Origin: Isorropodon fossajaponicum endosymbiont JTNG4
GTDB taxonomy: Bacteria > Pseudomonadota > Gammaproteobacteria > PS1 > Pseudothioglobaceae
Reading direction: 5' to 3'
Assembly: GCF_016592615.1 (NCBI RefSeq)
Contig: NZ_AP013043.1
Span: 990,001 to 1,022,000 of the forward strand
Length of the DNA stretch: 32,000 bases
This document shows, piece after piece, positions 1 to 7,466 of this stretch; the first letter of the stretch is position 1, and each line of letters begins with the position of its first letter. Made by a program: the position numbers and the translations under genes. The notes under the pieces are model-generated. The model ran no database searches. It was not told the origin of the DNA and saw nothing but the letters and a program-made list of their open reading frames with translations.

Positions 1-1
1 T

Positions 2-1351
2 GTTGCAGATATTTTAACCGAGGCAGATTTTTACAACGCCTCGCATAGAATTATTTTTAATGCCATTAGTACCCTATTGCAACACGACCAACCTGCTGAC
101 ATTCTTACGGTTAAAGAGCAAGTTAAAAAAACAGGCTCTGAAGAAACCATTGGTGGCTTTGTTTATTTAGCCCAAATTGCTGAAAACACCCCCAGTATTT
201 CTAACATTGAAGCCTATGCTAAACACGTACGTGAATTATCAGTTTATCGTCAACTGATTGTTGTTAGTCACGAAATTGCTGACACCGCCTATCACCCAAA
301 AGAAATGGAGGTTCAGGAGCTTATTGATCTTTCTGAGAAAAAAATATTTGAAATTGCCGAACAGGTGACTCGTGGAAAACAAGACATTACCAATGTAAAA
401 GACATTATTAAAGATGTTGTCAATCGCGTACACGAAATGCAAGAATCTAGTGGTATAAGTGGTTTAGAAACTGGCTTTAGCGAATTAGACAAATTAACTT
501 CTGGCTTGCAAAATGGTGATTTAATTATCATCGCCGGACGCCCTTCTATGGGCAAAACTGCTCTTTCAATGAACATTATTGAGCACGTTGCTATTACTGC
601 TAAAGAGCCTAAACCAGTTGCAGTATTTAGTTTAGAGATGCCAACCGAACAGTTAGTAATGCGTATGATTTCATCATTTGGCCACATTGAAGGCTCAAAA
701 CTACGCAACACCATGACTGAAACTGACTGGAACAGCTTTAATCATGCCGTATTAGCTTTGGAAAAATCCACTGTTCTTATTGATGAAACCCCTTCCATTA
801 CACCAACAGAAATTCGCGCAAAATGTCGGCGGCTAAAACGCCAATATCCTGACTTGGCACTAATTATGGTAGATTACTTACAACTGATGACCGTACATGG
901 AAAAAGTGAAAATAGGGTGCAAGAAATCTCTGAAATTTCCCGTTCACTCAAAGCTTTGGCCAAAGAAATTAACGTACCTGTGCTTGCTTTGTCACAACTT
1001 AATCGTGCTGTTGAATCACGCCCTAAAGCTGGTAAAGGTCGTATGCCACAAATGTCTGATTTACGCGAATCAGGCTCAATTGAGCAAGATGCTGATATTA
1101 TTGGTTTTATCTATCGCGACCAACAATATCATGATGACACCTATTCAAACCCAGAAGAGGTTGGCAAGGCAGATTTAAAAATTGTCAAACATAGAAACGG
1201 TGCTACCGGGCTAATTAAACTAGCTTTTATTGGCGAATATGCACGATTTGAAGATTTAGCTAACGAGGACCAATTTCACGACATGGTTGATGAGCAAATA
1301 GACACAGCTTATGCTCATAATATGGCTGATTTTGACCAAGAGCCTTTTTAA
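2..1351 (+). CDS. dnaB: Replicative DNA helicase DnaB (5' end lies upstream of the window)
   Basis: The frame is open from base 2: VADILTEADFYNASHRIIFNAI precedes the TTG at 77 used by the ORF track. Walker A is GRPSMGKTA and Walker B is LIMVDYLQL, with SQLNR and RESGSIEQDAD motifs. It is followed by alr, as in E. coli. Confidence 0.95.
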   Translation, partial: VADILTEADFYNASHRIIFNAISTLLQHDQPADILTVKEQVKKTGSEETIGGFVYLAQIAENTPSISNIEAYAKHVRELSVYRQLIVVSHEIADTAYHPKEMEVQELIDLSEKKIFEIAEQVTRGKQDITNVKDIIKDVVNRVHEMQESSGISGLETGFSELDKLTSGLQNGDLIIIAGRPSMGKTALSMNIIEHVAITAKEPKPVAVFSLEMPTEQLVMRMISSFGHIEGSKLRNTMTETDWNSFNHAVLALEKSTVLIDETPSITPTEIRAKCRRLKRQYPDLALIMVDYLQLMTVHGKSENRVQEISEISRSLKALAKEINVPVLALSQLNRAVESRPKAGKGRMPQMSDLRESGSIEQDADIIGFIYRDQQYHDDTYSNPEEVGKADLKIVKHRNGATGLIKLAFIGEYARFEDLANEDQFHDMVDEQIDTAYAHNMADFDQEPF

Positions 1352-1365
1352 TAAAGACCTTACCT

Positions 1366-2415
1366 ATGCACGCCATTGCCTCAATTTCGCAATCAGCATT
1401 AAAACACAATCTCTCAATTGTAAAAAAAAATTCGCCTAATGCTAGAATAGTTTCTATGGTGAAATCCAATGCTTATGGTCACCATATTGATTTAATTAAC
1501 CCAATTATTAATCAGTCTGATTTGTTAGGTGTTAGTGAAATCTTGGAAGCAGAAAAATTACGAAAAACAACAAGTAAGCCAATTTTACTTCTATCAGGCG
1601 TCATTAAAGACCAAGAACTACAACAAGCCATTAAACTAAATTGCCAAATTATGGTACACGACAAAACTCAACTGCCCGTTATTAGCAACACCAAACAAGC
1701 TATCAATATTTGGATAAAAATTAACACAGGCATGAATCGACTAGGCTTATCAACTAGTGAATACTTTGATTGTATAAAGTTACTAGAAAACAACCCACTG
1801 GTTAACATCCAATGTGTCATGAGTCATTTCGCTTGTGCTGATGAAATTAACCACCCAATGAATCAATTCCAACTCTTTGAGTTTAAAAAATCAACACGCC
1901 CTACTATCAAGCGTTCAATGGCAAATTCTGCTGCAATTTTGTCAAATCCAGCCTCACACTTTGATTATGTTCGCCCTGGCATTATGTTGTATGGTGTTTC
2001 TCCTTTTGACACTATTGATCACAATCTTAAACCAGTTATGCAACTATCAGCGCCAATTATGTCAATTAAAACCATCAAAGCTGGTGATTCAGTTGGCTAT
2101 GGTGCTACTTGGATAACTGACAAACTAACAACCATAGCAACTATTGGCATTGGCTATGGCGATGGCTACCCGCGCCATGCTAAAAATGGCACACCTGTAC
2201 TAGTTAATAACACCTTATGCCCACTTACAGGTCGCGTATCAATGGATTTAATTTGTGTTGATATAAGTAACGTTAATGTCAGTGTTGGAGATAATGTAAT
2301 TCTCTGGGGTAATCAGCAGTTACGTATCGAAACCATTGCAAAACATAGCGCTACCATTGCTTATGAACTACTAACAGGTGTTAGTTCTCGAGTGACCTTT
2401 ATCAATGCCCTATGA
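1366..2415 (+). CDS. alr: Alanine racemase
   Basis: It has the PLP-lysine motif VKSNAYGH near the N-terminus, a GIGYGDGYPR motif and the C-terminal beta domain. The length is 349 aa. The dnaB-alr adjacency is conserved. Confidence 0.92.
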   Translation: MHAIASISQSALKHNLSIVKKNSPNARIVSMVKSNAYGHHIDLINPIINQSDLLGVSEILEAEKLRKTTSKPILLLSGVIKDQELQQAIKLNCQIMVHDKTQLPVISNTKQAINIWIKINTGMNRLGLSTSEYFDCIKLLENNPLVNIQCVMSHFACADEINHPMNQFQLFEFKKSTRPTIKRSMANSAAILSNPASHFDYVRPGIMLYGVSPFDTIDHNLKPVMQLSAPIMSIKTIKAGDSVGYGATWITDKLTTIATIGIGYGDGYPRHAKNGTPVLVNNTLCPLTGRVSMDLICVDISNVNVSVGDNVILWGNQQLRIETIAKHSATIAYELLTGVSSRVTFINAL

Positions 2416-3113
2416 GCCACAGTTTTATTCAAATTAGTGATTGCCATATTGATGATGTTGAACACGCTATGGGTATTAATACCCATGTCAATTTAAAAAA
2501 AATTATCAATAAAATCATCAACATCAATACCGATGCCTTATTAATTAGTGGCGATCTTACCCACAATGGCACAATCACCGCTTACAAAACTTTACAACAA
2601 ATACTCTCTCCTGTCCAAACAAGGTTGTTAGTTATATCTGGCAATCATGACATTAATAACAATCTGAATGCTATTTTTTCTAAAAATTTATTCAGCCAAT
2701 TCACACTTGGAAAATGGGCAATTATCAGTGCAAATTCAGTGCAAACATCAAAAACCAGTGGATTTTTAACCAAAGATGAACTCATAAAACTAGACTTTAG
2801 TTTAGCGCAATCAACTGCCAAACATATACTCATTGTCTTGCATCACCCGATCGTACCAATGAATAGCGCTTGGGATGATTCACTGTCCTTAGAAAACCCA
2901 AAGGCATTGTTTAACATGCTTGATAAATACCCTAAAATACAAGCCATACTATTTGGTCATGCGCATCAAGCAGCTGAATTTAGCAGATTGGGAGTAAAAA
3001 TTATTTCATGCCCATCAACTGCCTTACAATTTAACAATGAAACTAGGATTGGCTTTAACCATTACACGCTGCATGATAATGGACAACTAACAATTGACAC
3101 ACAATGGATATAG
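2412..3113 (+). CDS. cpdA: Calcineurin-like metallophosphoesterase, CpdA-type 3',5'-cyclic-nucleotide phosphodiesterase
   Basis: The ordered metallophosphoesterase motifs are ISDCH, GDLTHNG, GNHD, HHP and GHAH. The start overlaps the alr stop (ATGA). A DUF1249/yqiB-like remnant lies next to it, and yqiB neighbours cpdA in E. coli. Confidence 0.72.
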   Translation: MSHSFIQISDCHIDDVEHAMGINTHVNLKKIINKIININTDALLISGDLTHNGTITAYKTLQQILSPVQTRLLVISGNHDINNNLNAIFSKNLFSQFTLGKWAIISANSVQTSKTSGFLTKDELIKLDFSLAQSTAKHILIVLHHPIVPMNSAWDDSLSLENPKALFNMLDKYPKIQAILFGHAHQAAEFSRLGVKIISCPSTALQFNNETRIGFNHYTLHDNGQLTIDTQWI

Positions 3114-3555
3114 AACAACATTTTTTATAATCTTTATACAATCAGCAAGAGACAAAAAACTTACATCCAAGTTTCGCAGTTGTTTGAATTTAACTATCAA
3201 AAAAATTTAAAACTTATGCCACTATTAAAGCAAACCTCTGATGATTGTGTCATTAAGCACAATAGCGAAAACGACTTACACCTTATTGTAGAAGACAGGT
3301 GTTTTCACACTAACACACAAACCCAAATCTGACACTGGCAACATCAACAAACCAGACATCAAATTTAAAATCTACTTTGACGCACAATTATTAGAAGTCA
3401 CCTCTGTATGCAATCAAACCACCCTTAATCGCGTTCACCCATATTTAGCACAATGCTATAATATGAATATACAATTGGAGTTAAATACTTTTATCGACAA
3501 ATGGATGGATTATTGCTTAAATAAATACCAAGGAAAATCATGGCAAACACTGTAA
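3114..3555 (+). pseudogene. yqiB-like (DUF1249 family) gene with no ATG start and one frameshift
   Basis: The frame is open directly from the cpdA stop: ...QLFEFNYQKNLKLMPLLKQ...DLHLIVEDRCFHTNTQTQI, then TGA at about 3329-3331. Homology continues in the +1 frame: DTGNINKPDIKFKIYFDAQLLEVTS...LELNTFIDKWMDYCLNKYQ, ending at 3555. As I recall E. coli YqiB, the matching segments are CEMNFSQLRRLLP, VRLYHDAMVAEV and INQFLADWLRYCL. No in-frame ATG lies upstream of 3216. Confidence 0.5.
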
Positions 3556-4445
3556 AAAAAAATCAAACAAAAAACAAATTGGTCATTGCCATTTCGTCAA
3601 GGGCCTTATTTAATCTTGACGAATCGCACAAAATCTTTAAAGGGCAAGGGGTTGAGGCTTACGCCAAACATCAAGAAGAAAATGAAGAGGTTGTTTTACA
3701 ACCTGGGGTTGGTTTTTCGCTAGTTAAAAAGTTACTCGCACTCAACACCAAAAAAAACCCCATTGATGTCATTCTGCTTTCACGCAATAGTGCTGACACG
3801 GGCCTGCGTATTTTTAATTCCATTGAACATTACGGCTTAAACATTTCAAAAGCAGCCTTCACTCGTGGTGAAAGTACGCACAATCTTGTGGGTGCATTTG
3901 AAGCAGATTTGTTCTTATCAAGCAATTATCAAGATGTACAAAAAGCCTTAGAATCAGGCTTTGCAGCAGCATCAATCATTGGCTCTGGCTCACAAGAATC
4001 ACACGAAACTCAACTGCGCATTGCCTTTGATGGTGATGCCGTTATTTTCTCAGATGAATCAGAGAGAATTTTCCAAGAAAAAGGCTTAGAAGCCTTTGCA
4101 GAAAATGAAAAAAACTCAGCCAACATTGCACTCAAAGCTGGACCATTTAAGTGCTTTTTAATGTCATTACAAAAAATACAATCTGCCTTCCCAGCAGCAA
4201 ACAACCCAATCAGAACCGCCCTAGTAACCGCACGCTCAGCACCATCACACAAACGCGTTATTCACACCATGCGTCAATGGGGCATTCGTATTGACGAATC
4301 CTTCTTTCTAGGCGGGCTAGACAAAGGCATATTTTTAAAAGAATTCGGCGCTGATATCTTTTTTGATGACCAGCACCAACACTGCCAATCAGCCTCCCAA
4401 TACGTACCTACAGGACATGTTCCTAACGGTATTAGTAATCAATAA
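3540..4445 (+). CDS. Cytosolic 5'-nucleotidase IA-like family protein (HAD-like)
   Basis: The 301-aa ORF carries blocks I associate with the cN-IA-type 5'-nucleotidase family: VIAISSRALFNLDES, LLSRNSADTGLRIFNSI, LRIAFDGDAVIFSDESE, LVTARSAPSHKRV and IFFDDQ. Confidence 0.7.
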   Translation: MANTVKKNQTKNKLVIAISSRALFNLDESHKIFKGQGVEAYAKHQEENEEVVLQPGVGFSLVKKLLALNTKKNPIDVILLSRNSADTGLRIFNSIEHYGLNISKAAFTRGESTHNLVGAFEADLFLSSNYQDVQKALESGFAAASIIGSGSQESHETQLRIAFDGDAVIFSDESERIFQEKGLEAFAENEKNSANIALKAGPFKCFLMSLQKIQSAFPAANNPIRTALVTARSAPSHKRVIHTMRQWGIRIDESFFLGGLDKGIFLKEFGADIFFDDQHQHCQSASQYVPTGHVPNGISNQ

Positions 4446-4728
4446 AATAAAAAATATCACCACCCCGATCCACAAAAAATCTATGTCTACAATTACAAGA
4501 AATTATAAGATTTGAGCTGGACCAAACAACTTTACTGTTTCAGCTATTTTTAATAGCACGATTTATATAAAAATCATACCGGTTTGCTAAGAAAATGGCT
4601 ACCAGAAATATCCGCATAAATCAAAGAAATTAGCAGTTAAAAAGTTTAGTGTTAATTATTTCTTTTTTAGATTTTTCCTATTTTTATTTGTTTGCAGAAA
4701 TAGGACTATAAGCTCACAAAGTGTTAGA

Positions 4729-5637
4729 ATGACATCTTTACAAACGCTCAAAACTCAAGTGAAAAAATACATTCTAATACTGGTTATTGTAGCTTTAAAC
4801 ACTCTAAGTCCTACACAAGCCGAAAACACAAATAATAAAAATTTGACCTTAGCAGAAACGCCCATTACAAAAGCACTATACAAACCTTTTATAGAGCGAT
4901 ATATATTGGATGACCTTAAACTATTGCGCCAAGAGCAACAACAATTAAGGGTTGATTTTGTTGAAAAAGTCGCAAACGCAAGGCTAGATGTTTCTGACAG
5001 GGCACTTAGATACACAGCAGATACCACGACTAATATTTTCTACATCATCACCATTGCTGCTACCTTGTTAGTACTACTAGGATGGCGCTCATTACAAGAT
5101 GTCAGAGATAATATTAAGACCATCACTTCAAAACAAATATCAGACTTAACAAAAAAATACGAAAAAAGACTAAGTGAAATAGAAGACAAAGCCAGAGTTC
5201 GCTCTGAACAAATCATCAGCACGCAACAAGATATTGCCAACACCAACCTGATTCATTCATTATGGGTGCGCTCAGGCATTACCAAAAGCGAACAAGAAAA
5301 AATCAATATTTTTGATGAAATTTTAGATCTAACCCCGGATGATATTGAGGCATTAACCTACAAAGCCGATACTTTGCTAGATATCGATGAGGATACTTGG
5401 TCGCTATCTCTATCTAACCGCGCTATAGAAATAAACGATAAATATGCATTGGCTTACTGGCAAAGAGCCTGTGCAAAAGCCAAATTAGGGCAACATGATG
5501 ATGCGGTAGCGGACATAAAATTAGCCATTGATTTAACAGATTCACTGAAAGCAGAAGTTATGAATGAAATTTATTTCGAAAATTTAAAAAATAACAAGAA
5601 ATTTCGAGTTTTGACTGGGAAAATTGAAAATAATTAG
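4729..5637 (+). CDS. Hypothetical membrane-anchored coiled-coil / TPR-like protein
   Basis: It has an N-terminal signal-like segment (ILILVIVALNTLSPTQA) and an internal TM helix (IFYIITIAATLLVLLGW). A charged coiled-coil stretch follows, then a TPR-like C-terminus (ALAYWQRACAKAKLGQHDDAVADIKLAIDL). No family was recognised. Confidence 0.6.
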   Translation: MTSLQTLKTQVKKYILILVIVALNTLSPTQAENTNNKNLTLAETPITKALYKPFIERYILDDLKLLRQEQQQLRVDFVEKVANARLDVSDRALRYTADTTTNIFYIITIAATLLVLLGWRSLQDVRDNIKTITSKQISDLTKKYEKRLSEIEDKARVRSEQIISTQQDIANTNLIHSLWVRSGITKSEQEKINIFDEILDLTPDDIEALTYKADTLLDIDEDTWSLSLSNRAIEINDKYALAYWQRACAKAKLGQHDDAVADIKLAIDLTDSLKAEVMNEIYFENLKNNKKFRVLTGKIENN

Positions 5638-5722
5638 AGAATAAGGGAAGTAATGAAACAAGTTTTAACTGAATATAACAAAAATATTGCACTTGCAAGT
5701 TGAATTCAAGGCGTCCCTTTTA

Positions 5723-5934
5723 TTACGAAAATTTATTTTTACTGTAAATAGAATTGAGACATTTTCTAACAGGGTTGTAATGTGATTTTCTATGCCGAAG
5801 AATATTATCTCCAGAATTTGTAACTATATGCTCAAACTCCTCATTTGATACTGGGCCACTTTCAAATAAATCTAAGTATGCCCCCATATCTTATCGTTTT
5901 TCTTGTGTATCCAATTTAATATATCTTTACGCAT
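5723..5934 (-). other. Short broken ORF immediately downstream of the methyltransferase remnant, possibly a relic of the partner gene
   Basis: On the minus strand, ATG at 5934 gives MRKDILNWIHKKNDKIWGHT then a stop. The next frame, from ATG at 5887, gives MGAYLDLFESGPVSNEEFEHIVTNSGDNILRHRKSHYNPVRKCLNSIYSKNKFS. The two pieces are joined by an apparent frameshift. No family was recognised. Confidence 0.2.
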
Positions 5935-5979
5935 TATTTACTGAACAAACGGTCAGGTGGAATGATTTGTTATGTGCTT

Positions 5980-6830
5980 TTATAGTTGCTCCTTAATAGT
6001 TTTTGCTAAACAATAGGCTAAATTACAAGGAACTGCATTACCTACCATTTTATAGCCATCTGCTAAATTGCTATAATGAAATATATAATTATCTAGAAAA
6101 GTTTGAATTCTTGCACACTCTCTAATACTTAATCTTCTGTACAACTTCTCTTTTCCTTCAACAAAAACCCTTTTATTTTGATGAATAAATTGCATTTTTG
6201 GTGCCTGTGGATGTAGTGGTGCATGCCTACCACCTGCTTGAATAGTGAAAGATGATTCATCCCAACTTCTGACTCTATTTCTAGACATATAAATTGTTGA
6301 AAAACCTCCTATCATATATTCGTGATTAGGCAATAAGCAATTACCATTATTTGTTTTTTGTTTGTCTTTTGCAGGTAATACGCTTTCTTGAATATCCGAA
6401 ATTATATCGTTTAAAACCCGCTTATTCTTTAATGGGCTAGGGAATATAAAGTTAAAATCCAAATCTTTTCTAATACCAATAAAAAACACTCTTTTTCTTG
6501 TTTGGGGAACACCATAATCAACAGCATTTAAAAGAGAAAAAGATAAGTTATAGCCGCTTTCACTGAATAGTTTTTTAATATTTTCTAATGCATCTTTATG
6601 TCGTATTGCCAACATTCCAGAAACATTTTCTGCTAAAAAAAAAACTTAGGTTTTTTACCTCTTAAGATTCTAATGAACTCAAAGAACAATTGCCCTCTCC
6701 TCTTTGGTCTTTAATTCCTCTTAATGCACCTGCTTCATTCCAACTTTGACAAGGAGGGCCACCGATAATCCCATAAATCTTTGAATTGTCAGAGCTGCTA
6801 TTTGCATTTGCACACCAGACACTGTTAATC
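5980..6830 (-). pseudogene. DNA (cytosine-5)-methyltransferase, M.HaeIII-like, N-terminally truncated with at least 2 frameshifts
   Basis: Three minus-strand frames carry consecutive C5-MTase motifs. The first has [28 protein letters not shown] (PPCQ at 6746-6757), ending in TAA at 6662-6664. The second has [20 protein letters not shown], ending in a TAG at the A10 run. The third has LAENVSG (ENV at 6622-6630) followed by the 211-aa ORF, which contains QTRKR (6490-6504) and GNAVP (6028-6042). The TRD region (NHEYMIGGFSTIYMSRNRVRSWDE..HPQAP..EGKEKLYRRLSIRECARIQ) is near-collinear with M.HaeIII as I remember it. Motif I (FxGxGG) is absent. Confidence 0.85.
6635..6644. repeat. A10/T10 homopolymer inside the methyltransferase coding sequence, site of one frameshift
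   Basis: I counted 10 consecutive A on the plus strand. On the coding strand, KPKFFF runs into TAG, while the ENV motif continues in another frame. A tract length of 8 or 11 would restore the frame. Confidence 0.9.
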
Positions 6831-7263
6831 CTTGGGATATTTTCTCAGCTAAATCTGGCTTAATGCTTGAGCCAACTAGAAGCCTAATCCATTTTGGATC
6901 TAGAGAAATGTTTTTATCTAAAATATCAGGAAATTGCTCTATTATTTGATTTTTTCCAAGCAGATAATCTTCTAGTTGTTTTAAATGTATATTGCTTAAC
7001 TCCCCAAGTTTAAGTTCAACTACGCCAATATATTCATTGGAATATGTCAAAAGAATGTCAATTCTTCCATCAGTATCTTTACTTGTTCGACTTTGCTTTA
7101 AAGTAAGTTCTTCTTGAATAATAGCAACATCTGAAAAAGTGTCCTTATCTAACGCTAACACGCCTTCGTTTTCTACTAAATATGACTCCATTGAAAGTTC
7201 CCGCCTAAAAGGAAAACTTTCGGGTCGCTCTTCATTTTCAGTTAGGTGTCTAAGTAATTTCAT
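6721..7263 (-). CDS. NucS/DUF91-like PD-(D/E)xK nuclease-fold protein; the 3' end runs into the methyltransferase remnant
   Basis: The 180-aa ORF has the pattern [17 protein letters not shown]...IIQEE...[34 protein letters not shown], then [13 protein letters not shown]. This is the E...D...ExK arrangement typical of NucS/DUF91-type nucleases. A good RBS (AGGAAAAT) precedes the ATG. The last ~25-40 codons overlap methyltransferase-derived sequence in another frame. Confidence 0.5.
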   Translation of the reverse strand: MKLLRHLTENEERPESFPFRRELSMESYLVENEGVLALDKDTFSDVAIIQEELTLKQSRTSKDTDGRIDILLTYSNEYIGVVELKLGELSNIHLKQLEDYLLGKNQIIEQFPDILDKNISLDPKWIRLLVGSSIKPDLAEKISQGLTVSGVQMQIAALTIQRFMGLSVALLVKVGMKQVH

Positions 7264-7466
7264 ATTTTCCTGTACGGCTACTATTAGTATAAGGACATAT
7301 TCTCTTATACACTCTATTAAAAATAAAACTATGTAAAAATAATGGCTTTCACCTCTATTTAAGATAAAAATACTATTTTTTATCTAATATGCTATATTAT
7401 AATGAAAAAAATATTACTACAAAGATTCAGTTTTTAATCGTTTTACTAGGCACAAATTATAGCACC

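Noticed and set aside
313-714. A 133-aa minus-strand ORF inside dnaB. Similar listed ORFs occur at 239-442, 897-1178, 1260-1469, 1877-2116, 2645-2833 and 4010-4252, plus the many 60-100-aa ORFs antisense to rnr, purA, hisZ, hflKC, the RND pump and pdxA.
   Set aside because: These are shadow ORFs fully embedded in, or antisense to, strongly supported genes. Their composition is low-complexity and I recognised no motifs.
1424-1435. An A9 run inside alr. Similar runs are A9 at 3554-3562 in the nucleotidase gene, and T8/A7 runs in rnr at 9438-9445 and 9496-9512.
   Set aside because: All are in frame (Lys/Phe codons), and the flanking protein sequence is continuous and homologous. They are not frameshift sites.
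4677-4704. A 7-bp inverted repeat (CCTATTT ... AAATAGG) about 25 nt upstream of the TPR gene start. It could be an operator.
   Set aside because: It is short, AT-rich and has a 14-nt loop. There is no second copy or known motif to support a binding site.
5701-5712. An EcoRI-site palindrome, with a nearby CTTGCAAG palindrome and GGCGTCC followed by a T-run. This could be a terminator for the convergent TPR gene and R-M relic.
   Set aside because: No convincing G/C-rich hairpin can be drawn. These are just isolated short palindromes.
7362-7385. A perfect 9-bp inverted repeat (AGATAAAAA / TTTTTATCT) with a 6-nt loop, about 90 nt downstream of rnr. It could be a terminator.
   Set aside because: The stem is almost pure A/T with only one G:C pair and no flanking U-tract logic on the relevant strand. 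It cannot be distinguished from chance in AT-rich spacer DNA.
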